A stretch of DNA of 64,000 nucleotides, taken from Candidatus Omnitrophota bacterium (GTDB taxonomy: Bacteria > Omnitrophota > Gorgyraeia > Duberdicusellales > 4484-171). Made by a program: the position numbers and the translations under genes. The notes under the pieces are model-generated. The model was not told the DNA's origin, searched no databases, and saw only the letters and a program-made list of their open reading frames with translations. Where the stretch lies: NCBI GenBank assembly GCA_023134705.1, contig JAGLUN010000051.1:3362-67361 (forward strand), read 5' to 3'. Shown one piece after another: positions 16,755-26,339 of the stretch; the stretch's first letter is position 1; every line of letters begins with the position of its first letter.

Positions 16755-17667
16755 AAGCAAATCCAAAGAGACCGAATCCCAGAAGAATAAGAGTACACGG
16801 TTCAGGTGTTCCGTATGCCCGTATAGGATCGGAACTTGTGACTTGCCATCCGTTGCTACCAGTTGATAAATCATGGTGGAGCCATATATCCGCAATAGCA
16901 TTGAGGGGACCTATTGTAAATTGACCTGGTACAAATGCACCTTGTCCACTTCCACCTAGTATTTCCAGATAACCATCACCATATCCTGTGTTAACTATGT
17001 TTGGGGTTGCCGGATAGACATTTATTGAACATTTGTAAACTATTTCCGGGGTACCATCGTGATCAAGATCAAGATATGGCACAAATCTTGAGGTTAACCA
17101 GAGGTTATTTGGTGCATCATCAATACCAGGGTAAGAATCATGTGATATCCCTTCTACCCATGCTCCTGGACCAGCTTGAGGTGCATTACCAGCGAGAGTA
17201 TTCCAGTCTGCACTCGTATCCTGCCATAGATCTGCTCGACCTGTATACCCTTGGGTTGTATACCTATTTCCTGCTTCGTAGTAAAATACTTGGGTCACGC
17301 TCCCATCAATTTCCGGAGTCCATGTTTGCGCGGCTAAAACGATATCATACATCATGAATCCAAATTCATCTGTTAAACTAGGGGTCCATACTGGAGATAG
17401 TCCGCTAGTTGACCATCCTGGTGGACCGTCAGCATGCCATACACTCTCAATGTTTCCCACACTTCGATCTTCATCTCCTATTACAAGAGGAGCACCAATA
17501 CCAACCGGAGACCACTCCTGCTCAGTATCATTCCAACGGAAATTTCCACTTGCATCTGTCATATGGAGAGCTATCGGCCCTTGAGGAATAATAATCGCTT
17601 CTGCCTTGGGAACTGCCCAGCATAAACTTATGGCGATTGCCATTACGATTAAACCTATTTTCTTCAT
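16720..17667 (-). CDS. Secreted PEP-CTERM-anchored protein (exosortase substrate)
   Basis: It starts at MKKIG with the RBS GGAGGTG and a signal peptide. Its C-terminus GTPEPCTLILLGFGLFGFAFMGKRRKSKKI has the PEP motif, a transmembrane helix and a basic tail. Confidence 0.8.
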   Translation of the reverse strand: MKKIGLIVMAIAISLCWAVPKAEAIIIPQGPIALHMTDASGNFRWNDTEQEWSPVGIGAPLVIGDEDRSVGNIESVWHADGPPGWSTSGLSPVWTPSLTDEFGFMMYDIVLAAQTWTPEIDGSVTQVFYYEAGNRYTTQGYTGRADLWQDTSADWNTLAGNAPQAGPGAWVEGISHDSYPGIDDAPNNLWLTSRFVPYLDLDHDGTPEIVYKCSINVYPATPNIVNTGYGDGYLEILGGSGQGAFVPGQFTIGPLNAIADIWLHHDLSTGSNGWQVTSSDPIRAYGTPEPCTLILLGFGLFGFAFMGKRRKSKKI

Positions 17668-17821
17668 CTTTCTTTCACCTCCTTCTTTTTTAGATTTTTT
17701 GTGACTTGAATTGTCACTCTTTGTGAATAAATTTTTACGTCCCATTTTACTTCTCCCTCCTTTCTTCTTTTGTGTTTTGTTTTTTCATTATTTGTTATTT
17801 TCCTGCTATTCGCTTTAGTTT

Positions 17822-17839
17822 AAGCAAGAGGCGTGCCAG
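17822..17839 (-). promoter_or_regulatory. Sigma-54 promoter (-24 TGGCAC / -12 TTGCT) for the PEP-CTERM gene
   Basis: The minus strand reads CTGGCACGCCTCTTGCTT, a perfect TGGCAC-N5-TTGC. Confidence 0.6.
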
Positions 17840-18035
17840 ATAGGGGTTTTTGTTAGTATTTTTTTATACACGCAGATTTTTTCGTATCGCGTATCGAGTA
17901 TCGCGTATTGCGTAAAGAAAGTCGATAGTTAATAGCTGATAGTGGGAAAAGTAAGGCGTTAAATAGTTTTACGAGTTAGCGAGTTGAACGAGTTTAACGA
18001 GTTTTAATGAAAAGGATAGAGGTTTTTTATGAAAA

Positions 18036-18140
18036 ATTGTAAAGTTTTTCGAATGTGTAAAGGAAAGCGACAGATTTCGTGGAAATATGCTTTGTGAAAT
18101 GTACTTCCTGAAATACATGGAAATATAGTTGAAATAAATT
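18036..18140 (-). promoter_or_regulatory. Upstream activator-like region with direct repeats of the TGAAATA/GGAAATA type; candidate enhancer for the sigma-54 activator
   Basis: It reads GGAAATATGCTTTGTGAAATGTACTTCCTGAAATACATGGAAATATAGTTGAAATAAAT. The same block is present at 19413..19630, 20690..20740 and 58040..58125. Confidence 0.45.
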
Positions 18141-18192
18141 GTCTGCCATAGGCTCTTCCAAAGGCAGATCCTCCTCATTATGGTGGGAAAAT

Positions 18193-18208
18193 CACGGGCA
18201 TGCCCGTG
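18193..18208. promoter_or_regulatory. Perfect 16-bp palindrome CACGGGCATGCCCGTG
   Basis: It is read directly. An identical copy lies at 19654..19669, at the same relative position in the next intergenic module. Confidence 0.5.
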
Positions 18209-18296
18209 GGGTGTTCCATTAACTTAATTCCCCCTTCTCCCTCGCGCCTATTTCTAAATTGGGATTTGTTTGTGAAGTATGAAGTGTAGAACACAA

Positions 18297-18336
18297 ACAA
18301 AAAGACAGAAGCTTTTATGCTTCTGTCTTTTTTATC
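18297..18336 (-). terminator. Intrinsic terminator hairpin (GACAGAAGC / GCTTCTGTC stem, flanking T/A runs) after the PEP-CTERM gene 18379..19134
   Basis: A 9-bp perfect stem with a 6-nt loop is flanked by T6 on the plus strand and by TTTTTGTTTGT on the minus-strand transcript. Confidence 0.6.
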
Positions 18337-18340
18337 TATT

Positions 18341-18395
18341 CTTCACGCGATACGCAACATGCGATATGCGATACGCATTTACGCGATACGTTTTC
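18341..18395. repeat. Family-A CGCGATACG array overlapping the last codons of the PEP-CTERM gene
   Basis: It reads CACGCGATACGCAACATGCGATATGCGATACGCATTTACGCGATACG. Confidence 0.7.
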
Positions 18396-19134
18396 TCCGC
18401 CTGAATCCCGCACCAGCTAATCCTATAAGCCCGGATCCAAGAAGAAGTATGGTTGCCGGTTCGGGGATAGGAGCTGTGTCGGCATCGTGGGAATATGGAG
18501 CGAAAACATCCTTCGACGTCCCGTTATCTTTATAGTAGGTGCCTGTAAGGTCAAAATGGATAAAAGAAAATATGGGGTTATAACTTATATCGTAAACCTG
18601 AATCTGTCCTAAGTCTTGTCCGTCACTTTCTGCAGGATTCCCCGGATTATAAGACAGGTCATAATTGTAAACAGTTGTCATTACGGCAAGAGGTGTAAAT
18701 AAAAAATCGTCGAGCTCCATAGAGGCATAATAAGTGAGATATATTCCATGAGGAGAAGTCCCTTCAGGTTGTCCGAAAGTTTCAAAATCATCTTTAAAGA
18801 GCTTTATGCCACCAATAGTGATAATCGGTGTTGTCTCTTCTTCAGTTGTCTCTTCTTCATAGGAAAGGTATTGATTTTCAAGGAGTGATATATGAAGTTT
18901 GACCTCGGTTATCTCAGTAAGAGTCCCATTTTTAGAGGCGCCCACGGCCCAGAGTTCAAAAGGATTATCGGTAGTAATCCATGTGTCTTCGCTTTTATCG
19001 GGAAACCAAGGGCTAACTTCATAATAAGTAGAATTAGGAATATAGAGTTGCAGTGCAGAAACAGCAAAAGCCGGAGTTGTAATGCCAAATACTAAAAATA
19101 GAAGCATTAAACCTTTCAACATACTTTTTTTCAT
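18379..19134 (-). CDS. Secreted PEP-CTERM-anchored protein
   Basis: It has the signal peptide MKKSMLKGLMLLFLVFGITTPAFA. Its C-terminus is IPEPATILLLGSGLIGLAGAGFRRRKRIA. Confidence 0.8.
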   Translation of the reverse strand: MKKSMLKGLMLLFLVFGITTPAFAVSALQLYIPNSTYYEVSPWFPDKSEDTWITTDNPFELWAVGASKNGTLTEITEVKLHISLLENQYLSYEEETTEEETTPIITIGGIKLFKDDFETFGQPEGTSPHGIYLTYYASMELDDFLFTPLAVMTTVYNYDLSYNPGNPAESDGQDLGQIQVYDISYNPIFSFIHFDLTGTYYKDNGTSKDVFAPYSHDADTAPIPEPATILLLGSGLIGLAGAGFRRRKRIA

Positions 19135-19192
19135 CTTTCTGTTTCCTTATTTTAGTTTTTCATCTAAAAATATACATTTTTCACCTTTAGGT

Positions 19193-19210
19193 AAGCAAAA
19201 AATGTGCCAA
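19193..19210 (-). promoter_or_regulatory. Sigma-54 promoter (TGGCAC-N5-TTGCT) about 60 bp upstream of the PEP-CTERM start
   Basis: The minus strand reads TTGGCACATTTTTTGCTTAC. Confidence 0.6.
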
Positions 19211-19756
19211 AAGGGGAATTTTGGGGGATGTTTTTTATAAACGATGCTTGATCCTCGATGCTGGATGCTAGATACTAGTAAAGAATAGAGATAAAAGTGA
19301 GATGATAAGGACGAGGGATGAGAAAAGCAAAAATTAGACTCAAGACTTAAGACTCAATAGAGAAAGTCATAAGGTCATAAAGCCAAAAGTTGCCGAAATT
19401 TGGGGGAAAATTGTAAAACTTTTCGAATGTGTAAAGGAAACCGACATGTTTCGGGGAAATATGCTTTGTGAAATGTACTTCCTGAAATACATGGAAATAT
19501 AGTTGAAATGAATAGAGATATATAGAAATATATAGTCCGCCAAGGCGGATCCGCCTCCGGCGGAAAATATATTGAAATATGGTTGAAATAAATTGTCTGC
19601 TATAGGCTTTTCCAAACAAAGGCAGATTCTTCTCGTATGTATGGCGGGAAGATCACGGGCATGCCCGTGGGATGTTCCATTAACTTAATTCCCCTCTCCC
19701 TCGCGCCTATTTTTAAATTGGGATTTTGTTTGTGAAGTATGTAGTGTGTGACATAA

Positions 19757-19795
19757 ACAAAAAGGCAGGAGCTTTTATGCTTCTGCCTTTTTTAT
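19757..19795 (-). terminator. Intrinsic terminator hairpin (AGGCAGGAGC / GCTTCTGCCT) after the PEP-CTERM gene 19857..20567
   Basis: It is a near-perfect stem with a following T-run. It is homologous to the hairpin at 18297..18336. Confidence 0.55.
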
Positions 19796-19856
19796 CTATT
19801 CTTCACGCATTAAGCGATGACCGAAGGGAATCCTGAGTATCCCCGACGGATACGCG

Positions 19857-20567
19857 TTACGAGGTATGTTTTTTTTGCCTGAATCCCGCGCCAATCAATC
19901 CCAAAAGCCCGGATCCAAGAAGAAGAATGGTTGCGGGTTCGGGGATGGGCGGAGTGCCTCTATATTCCAATCGAAAGGGAGTGTCTATATCAGCATGCCA
20001 GTTCCAACGATTATTACGTTCGTCTAGGTGATAGAATCCATCTCCGGTAGCAACCTTTGGTAAACGAAAGTCCGTATCGTCTGTTGTTGTGGCGGCATTT
20101 GAACCATTTAATCCGTAAAAACTAAGCCAATACTCACCGGAAGGAAGACCTAATGGAGTTGGGAGTGTGAATTCAATATCGTAAATTTTGTCAATAGTGG
20201 AAAAAGGGGCTATAGAACTTTGTAAAGCAGTGTAGTCACCAGGTATGAGTATTTGTTCATAAAAAGGAGAGGAAGTATCTGGCTTTCCAGAGCTAGAGTC
20301 GTTGTTAAAAATTGAAAATGTAAATTTTTCGAGTGAATAGTTTATAGTTATGCCTTCTTGAAACCAAACGGTATCTATTGTTGAATCCTGAGGAAGTGTG
20401 AAATCGTCGTAAATGCGCCACTTAGAAGGTGTAAAAGCTTCAGATGAGCGAAGACCTCCAGCAGATGTTCCGATGCCATTATCATAAATAATAATTGCGT
20501 CAGCCGTGCATGTGGAAATTATAATTACAAACATAGTTATAAAGAATATTAATATTCTTTTTCCCAT
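19857..20567 (-). CDS. Secreted PEP-CTERM-anchored protein
   Basis: It has a signal peptide. Its C-terminus is PIPEPATILLLGSGLLGLIGAGFRQKKHTS. Confidence 0.8.
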   Translation of the reverse strand: MGKRILIFFITMFVIIISTCTADAIIIYDNGIGTSAGGLRSSEAFTPSKWRIYDDFTLPQDSTIDTVWFQEGITINYSLEKFTFSIFNNDSSSGKPDTSSPFYEQILIPGDYTALQSSIAPFSTIDKIYDIEFTLPTPLGLPSGEYWLSFYGLNGSNAATTTDDTDFRLPKVATGDGFYHLDERNNRWNWHADIDTPFRLEYRGTPPIPEPATILLLGSGLLGLIGAGFRQKKHTS

Positions 20568-20624
20568 TCTGATGCCTCCTTTTTTAAATCTTCATCTAAA
20601 AATATACATTTTCCACTTTGTAAC

Positions 20625-20642
20625 AAGCAAAAAATGTGCCAA
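20625..20642 (-). promoter_or_regulatory. Sigma-54 promoter (TGGCAC-N5-TTGCT)
   Basis: The minus strand reads TTGGCACATTTTTTGCTTGTT. The spacing to the ATG is the same as for the promoter at 19193..19210. Confidence 0.6.
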
Positions 20643-20741
20643 ATGAGGATGGATAGACGCAAATTATGAGATACGGTGAGATTGATAGCAATAATATAGT
20701 GGAAATATATAGAAATAGGTTGAAATATAGTTGAAATACAA

Positions 20742-20868
20742 GGTTACTTAAGGTTAGGGAAGGTTACGTAGGAAAGTTACATTGAGAAGGTTGCTTAAAG
20801 AAGGTTACTTCACGTCAACGTAACCTTAAGTAACTTTAAGTAACTTTATGTAACCTTATTTTAATTAA
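20742..20868. repeat. Family-B palindromic element in the opposite orientation
   Basis: It reads AAGGTTACTTAAGGTTAGGGAAGGTTACGTAGG...CACGTCAACGTAACCTTAAGTAACTTTAAGTAACTTTATGTAACC. Confidence 0.75.
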
Positions 20869-20931
20869 CTTCTGCAATCTTTTTTATCTATTTTTCCCGC
20901 GATACACAATACGCGATACGCGTTACGTTTT

Positions 20932-22296
20932 TCATCCAATTCCGTATTTCTTCATCAAATCATACAGGGTGGGGCGGGTGACTCCGAGCATCTTCGCGGC
21001 CAGGCTTACATTCTCTTTGCTTTCATCTAAGGCTTTTTTGATAAGCTGAATTTCCATATTCTCGCGGGCTTCTTTTAAAGAAAGTTTCCCTGAATTTGAA
21101 TCTTCTCTATCGCCTCCGCCAAAGCCAAGCTCTGAAGAAATAATAAAAGAATTCTCTGCCAGGATAAAAGCTCTACGGACTCTATTTTCCATTTCTCTTA
21201 CATTACCCGGCCAGCTATAACTGTTCATTAAATCTTTACATTCTTTAGTAAAGCCCTTTATGGATTTGACCGGAGATTCTTCGCGATACTTATTAAGGAA
21301 ATAAGCAGCTAAAAGCAGTACATCTTCTCCTCTTTCCCGCAAAGGGGGGATTTGAAAGTTTATAACACTTAGCCGGTAATATAGATCTTCTCTGAACAGG
21401 CCTTGTTTAATCTTTTTCTTTAAATCGCTGTTAGTCGCGGCAATGATTCTTAGATTGAGCTCTATCGGATTATTCCCTCCAACGCGTTCTATAACATGTT
21501 CCTGGAGAAATCTTAAAATTTTCACCTGTAATCCAAGACTCATCTCACCGATTTCATCTAAGAAAACCGTGCCGGTATCAGCTATTTCCAATTTCCCAAT
21601 CCTTTTTATATGAGCATCGGTAAACGCGCCTTTTTCGTGGCCGAATAGTTCACTTTCTAAAAGATTCTCGGGAATCGCTCCGCAGTTTATTACCACAAAA
21701 GGGTGTTTTCCTCTTGGACTTAGGTAATGGATTGCTTTTGCCACTAATTCTTTTCCTGTGCCGCTTTCTCCGGTAATTAAAACCGCGGCATCGGTAGGCG
21801 CTACTCTTCTTATCAATTTAAAAACTTCTTTTATCGCCGGAGAACTGCCTATCATATCTTCAAATTTAAACTTATTCTGTAATTGTTCGGATAAACGCCG
21901 GTTTTCTTCCTCTAATTCCCGCAAGTATACGGCTCTTTTTAATATCACTTTTAATTCTTCGATTTTTACCGGCTTTGAATAATAATCAAACGCTCCTTTG
22001 TTTATAGATTCCAAGGCAATATCTTTTGTGTCATTTCCGGTTATCATAATTACTTTAATAAAAGGGTCATTATTTTTAATTTCCTCTAAAATTTCTATCC
22101 CTTCTTTCCGGTTTTTATTTAACGGGTCTAAATTAATGTCTAAAGCCGCTAGTTCAAATTTTTGTTCTCTAATTACTTTCAAGGCTTCCGGTTTATTTGA
22201 AGCAGTCAGGACTCCATAATCTCCTTCTAAAGCCCATTTTAGCTGTTTAAGGATACCTTCATCGTCGTCGACGATCAAAATTTTAGTTTTTGCCAT
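20932..22296 (-). CDS. prsR: Sigma-54-dependent response regulator (NtrC family; PEP-CTERM-box regulator PrsR type)
   Basis: It has a receiver domain (ILIVDDDEG ... D54-like), an AAA+ domain (GESGTGKE Walker A, and GAFTDA, a variant of GAFTGA) and a C-terminal Fis-type HTH. It lies downstream of prsK and next to sigma-54-promoted PEP-CTERM genes. Confidence 0.8.
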   Translation of the reverse strand: MAKTKILIVDDDEGILKQLKWALEGDYGVLTASNKPEALKVIREQKFELAALDINLDPLNKNRKEGIEILEEIKNNDPFIKVIMITGNDTKDIALESINKGAFDYYSKPVKIEELKVILKRAVYLRELEEENRRLSEQLQNKFKFEDMIGSSPAIKEVFKLIRRVAPTDAAVLITGESGTGKELVAKAIHYLSPRGKHPFVVINCGAIPENLLESELFGHEKGAFTDAHIKRIGKLEIADTGTVFLDEIGEMSLGLQVKILRFLQEHVIERVGGNNPIELNLRIIAATNSDLKKKIKQGLFREDLYYRLSVINFQIPPLRERGEDVLLLAAYFLNKYREESPVKSIKGFTKECKDLMNSYSWPGNVREMENRVRRAFILAENSFIISSELGFGGGDREDSNSGKLSLKEARENMEIQLIKKALDESKENVSLAAKMLGVTRPTLYDLMKKYGIG

Positions 22297-22476
22297 AGTT
22301 TACTCCATTTCTTAGTTTATCGAGTTTATCGAGTTCAATTGTCACGAATTCGATAGATTATGAGTAGTTAGTAGTTTGTTTAAAAAAATATGTTATCAGA
22401 CCGCTCACCAAAATATATCCTTCTCCCAAACCAACTACAAACTACAATGCACTTTTAAATTGAACTCGCTAACTTC

Positions 22477-24495
22477 TCACACTTGGGGCAATCTCACTTT
22501 AAACACTGTCCCCTCTCCCTCAACGCTTTCCGCCTCAATCTCCCCTCCATGTGCCTCGATAATAGTCTTGCATTGATAAAGGCCTACACCCATTCCCTTT
22601 TCTTTGGTGGAGCTAAAGGCTTTAAAAAGTTCATTCTCAATGAAATCTTTGGACATGCCGGTGCCGGTATCTTTAAATCGAATCTCGGCGAAGTTCCTCC
22701 CCGATTTACTGTCAATTCCCGGTTGTCCGGTATAAATCCCGGTGGAAATTATAAGATTTCCTTCGCCAGGCATGGCTTCCAGGGCGTTTATTAAAAGATT
22801 AAGAATGACTTTATTCATATAACGGCGGTCAACACATATTTCTATTGATTCCTCCACGTCTATAGTAAGCCGCGTATTCTTAAATCTGTCTTTTCCTAAG
22901 TCCCTTAAGGCTTCATTAATCAAATATGACAATTTATGTTTTTCCTTATTTATTGCTAAGTCTCCGCGCAATGTTTTAAATTCATTAATTAAACGTTTCA
23001 TTTTCCCGATAGCGTTTTCCAGCGTAAAAAAAGCGTCTTCCCGGAATTCAGGATTATTGAATTTATCTTTATTAGAAACAAGGAGTGAAAGGCTGTTAAC
23101 ATAATTCTTAACGTCATGGATAACGAATGAGGATAGTTTATAAATTGATTCTTTTTTCTCGGCTTCCCGTAATTTTTGATAAGCCCAGCAGTTTAAAATA
23201 ACGCTGGACGCCTGCAGTGATAAAACCTTAAGAAGTTCTTTGTCCAAGAAGTTGTTATCATTTAAAGACATCCCGATCAATCCGATAATTTCCTTATCTC
23301 CATATAAAGGCATTGCCGCTTCAATCTTGTTTTCTTTAAAAAAAACTTTTGCTTTGGGAAATTTGTTTTTATCCGGAGAAGAACTGTTAAAAGTTTCGTT
23401 AAAGTTAAAGGCTTCTCCCTGCCTTAGAAGCCGGTCACAAAATCCTTCTTCAAAAGGTGTCTCTTTTTCAAAGACAAAAACCCGGACAGCGGAAACATTC
23501 ATAATTTTTGAAATCGCGTCCTGGATGTTTTTCTTTATTTTTTCGACATCAGTAACGAGAGAAATTTTATAAGTAAAATCTTCCCAGATTTTTTGCCAAT
23601 CATATTTTTGGCGGGTTAAATACCTTAATAGGAATGTTCTTAACCGCTCCCGGAAAGATAATGAGAAGATAAGAAATAGTAAAGCGAAAAATATAAAAAG
23701 CGCGGTTAGAAAAGAAAACAGAACATTCAGATTCCAGCCAAAAGTCTGGAACAGTTTGATGAACGCGCCGATGAAAAATAGATAGCCTCCGACAAGGAAA
23801 AGAGTCAAAGAGGCATGAATTACGGTTTTTTCTTTTACTGCTTCGATAGAAAAACCTTTTTGAGAGGCAAAAAGAAAAATCAATCCGCCGGCAAAGACGC
23901 TTATTGACGAATAAGTTAAAACTCCAATATGTATCTCAAAAAATAATACCGCGTAGGTAGCCAGAACAACATACGGAGTAAGTAAAAATAAAGCGCTTGT
24001 AAAAAGCAATCCCAGCCTCTTTTGTCTTAAAAAGTATAAGCTTCTTTCTATATTGGAAATTGAAAAACTCAAATCAAAAATAAGAAAAATAAAAAAATAT
24101 TGCGCTAATTGAGGGAGTGTCGGGAATAAGTCATTCCCCGGTAAAATTATAAAAGGCTTTATCCACCAGAGCAGGAAAAACATCAAGGAAATAAGTCCTA
24201 AAACCGGGGTTAAAATCAGCCGGTTAAAAACATACCGTTTAGAGGGTAGCAATGATACGCTGAAAATAAGCCAAAATAAGGATATAAGGCAAAATCCCAG
24301 GCCGAATATCTTATCCGCGAAAGGGACCTCAAAAAAGAAGGAAAACTTGGCGATTTCCAAAACTACAAGGCTTAAAATACAAAATGCCGCCAGAAGATTG
24401 GTAATGCTCTTGCGCTTGAAAAGATTAAAGGTAGAAAACCCCAGCATAAAGATATTTACAATCGCAATTATTGATAAAATTGTTTGATCAAACAT
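22477..24495 (-). CDS. prsK: Multi-pass membrane sensor histidine kinase (PrsK-like PEP-CTERM-system kinase)
   Basis: It has about 10 N-terminal transmembrane helices, a GAF-like segment, an H-box VIHDVKN and an HATPase domain (GTGMSKDF, GMGVGL). It is 672 aa. Confidence 0.7.
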   Translation of the reverse strand: MFDQTILSIIAIVNIFMLGFSTFNLFKRKSITNLLAAFCILSLVVLEIAKFSFFFEVPFADKIFGLGFCLISLFWLIFSVSLLPSKRYVFNRLILTPVLGLISLMFFLLWWIKPFIILPGNDLFPTLPQLAQYFFIFLIFDLSFSISNIERSLYFLRQKRLGLLFTSALFLLTPYVVLATYAVLFFEIHIGVLTYSSISVFAGGLIFLFASQKGFSIEAVKEKTVIHASLTLFLVGGYLFFIGAFIKLFQTFGWNLNVLFSFLTALFIFFALLFLIFSLSFRERLRTFLLRYLTRQKYDWQKIWEDFTYKISLVTDVEKIKKNIQDAISKIMNVSAVRVFVFEKETPFEEGFCDRLLRQGEAFNFNETFNSSSPDKNKFPKAKVFFKENKIEAAMPLYGDKEIIGLIGMSLNDNNFLDKELLKVLSLQASSVILNCWAYQKLREAEKKESIYKLSSFVIHDVKNYVNSLSLLVSNKDKFNNPEFREDAFFTLENAIGKMKRLINEFKTLRGDLAINKEKHKLSYLINEALRDLGKDRFKNTRLTIDVEESIEICVDRRYMNKVILNLLINALEAMPGEGNLIISTGIYTGQPGIDSKSGRNFAEIRFKDTGTGMSKDFIENELFKAFSSTKEKGMGVGLYQCKTIIEAHGGEIEAESVEGEGTVFKVRLPQV

Positions 24496-24700
24496 GATTT
24501 TTTCGTATGCTTATCGCGTATCGAGTATCGCGTATCGAGCATCCAGTATCTAAAAGCTCGTCCCTCGTCTCTTCGTCCCTCATTTTTCGTTTTTCCTGTC
24601 CTCTATTCTCTGATTTCTGTCTTCCAACGAGTATCCAGCATCGAGCATCTAGCATCTAAAGTTGGCCATCGGTTCCTTCGCCCATTGACTTTCTTTTAAC
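24496..24700. repeat. Family-A composite repeat (CGCGTATCGAG array, CGTCCCTCGTC tract, GCATCGAGCATCTAGCATC units, then a variant of the GCCATCG...CCATTGAC terminus)
   Basis: It is read directly and is collinear with 4396..4776. Confidence 0.8.
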
Positions 24701-26208
24701 TCCGTCCCGTCTCCTATATAAAAATCATCAATCCAAAGAGTATCTTTCTGATACCGATCTTCATGTATATAAAATTGAAATACTTTCAAATATTTTAAGG
24801 AGGGCAAAACGTTTTTCACAATAGCTCGCACATCGATATACATTTCATGCCATTTCCCGTCATTGATTAAATGAATGTCCCTCAGATCTATCCAATCATT
24901 ATATAGTGTTTTAACGCGTATTTTGAACGGCACCCCTTCAGAAATCATATACGCGAAACTGACTATCGGATAATTCTCGAGATTCCAAAGGTCTAATTGG
25001 ATGATGTTATATACCCGCTCTGCCCCAGAAGCTTTAAATTTTACTTTTTGAGCATTCCTATGCGGAGATATTATTTTGGTATTTACAGTTGTATCTACCG
25101 TTCCGGAGTTTTCAAACTTTCCGGGAGAAGGTTTTAAATTATCAAAAATAAACATCGTGTTATCATTTGCCAGTCGCTTCCGTGATTCTTCTTCCGAAAC
25201 TACCGTAGGATTTCTTCCAATTAATTTAACATCAGCGACTACCGGACGATGATCCGACCCTATATCAGGTCCGACCTGACAACGAATAACCTTCCAATTA
25301 CCATCACACAATAGATGGTCAATGCGTACCCCATGCCAACTGGTGTATTTTGTATACCCAAACCCAAAGCCTGCTTTTGAAAAAGTATTGGTAAGCGATG
25401 GCCAATACTTTTTATAAATAGGATTAATTTCTGACATATTAAAATCCCCGCCTACCAAAACCGTTTTGTATGAAGAAATCCATCGTGACATAATAGCAGA
25501 ATCTTTAGCCTGTAACTTCGTAACGCTTCTCATTTTTGATAGACCTCTTACTCTATTATCCATAAAAGCGGCTAAACCTTTTCTTGGCGTCACCAAATGC
25601 ACATTAAAAAAATGTATGGGCCCCATAACCCCTTCTAATTCATATTTCCCAACTAAACCACCATCCCCATCTAATTTTTGTATATTTTTCACAACAGCAT
25701 TCTTGATTTTTAATCGACTTGCTATCCCTAGAGATCCTTGAAATGATAAGTACCATTGATTTTGAGGCAATATTTCTTTTAAAGCATTCTGATCTTGCCA
25801 GTAGACCTCTTGCAGTGCAATAATATCAGGACGTGTTCTCGAAATAAAGTCACATAAAGAAGTTGCGTTAAGATTTTCACCAATATTAAAAGTCATAATT
25901 CTAAGATTAGTACATGATTGCTCATTCTTTTGGCTTAGTATGGAAAAGGGTATGTTAAATTTCATAATGCAAAAAGTAATTATTAAAAAAGAGAGGCTGT
26001 GAACTATAATTACTCCCTTTCTCTTTACCAGCAACCCCGTTATAAAAAGAAATCCAACAGGAAAATAAAGAACCCACAGGGGCGCCATTAAAAATATATT
26101 GGCCAGCCACCATAGTGCTGTTGGCCAATATGGGATGGTGCACAAAATGCAAAGCATTATCAGGTATAGGACTGAAAATAACCAAACTAATAATTTTATT
26201 ACTTTCAT
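24649..26208 (-). CDS. Endonuclease/exonuclease/phosphatase (EEP)-family protein with an N-terminal membrane anchor and an extra C-terminal domain
   Basis: It has about three N-terminal transmembrane helices, then the EEP motifs LRIMTFNIGENL, IIALQEV and GSDHRPVVADV. Confidence 0.55.
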   Translation of the reverse strand: MKVIKLLVWLFSVLYLIMLCILCTIPYWPTALWWLANIFLMAPLWVLYFPVGFLFITGLLVKRKGVIIVHSLSFLIITFCIMKFNIPFSILSQKNEQSCTNLRIMTFNIGENLNATSLCDFISRTRPDIIALQEVYWQDQNALKEILPQNQWYLSFQGSLGIASRLKIKNAVVKNIQKLDGDGGLVGKYELEGVMGPIHFFNVHLVTPRKGLAAFMDNRVRGLSKMRSVTKLQAKDSAIMSRWISSYKTVLVGGDFNMSEINPIYKKYWPSLTNTFSKAGFGFGYTKYTSWHGVRIDHLLCDGNWKVIRCQVGPDIGSDHRPVVADVKLIGRNPTVVSEEESRKRLANDNTMFIFDNLKPSPGKFENSGTVDTTVNTKIISPHRNAQKVKFKASGAERVYNIIQLDLWNLENYPIVSFAYMISEGVPFKIRVKTLYNDWIDLRDIHLINDGKWHEMYIDVRAIVKNVLPSLKYLKVFQFYIHEDRYQKDTLWIDDFYIGDGTELKESQWAKEPMANFRC

Positions 26209-26339
26209 CTAATTTCTGCTTTATAGGATTAGTGTTTTAATAGGAGTAGATATCCAAAGGCATTTCGCTCCCAGACATTCTCATATATAATCATAATTAT
26301 TTAAAAAAATCTAATATTTATATAACTATTGATATTCAT

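Noticed and set aside
17001-17625. Four plus-strand ORFs (60-118 aa) overlapping the first PEP-CTERM gene
   Set aside because: They are opposite-strand shadows of the minus-strand gene, which has a clear RBS, signal peptide and PEP-CTERM tail. No motifs are visible.
22300-22470. Short tandem and inverted repeats (AGTTTATCG x2; GTAGTTAGTAGTTTG / CAAACTACAAACTAC) between prsK and prsR
   Set aside because: They are small and could simply be a weak terminator or attenuator hairpin between the two genes. There is not enough evidence for a distinct element, so it is noted here only.
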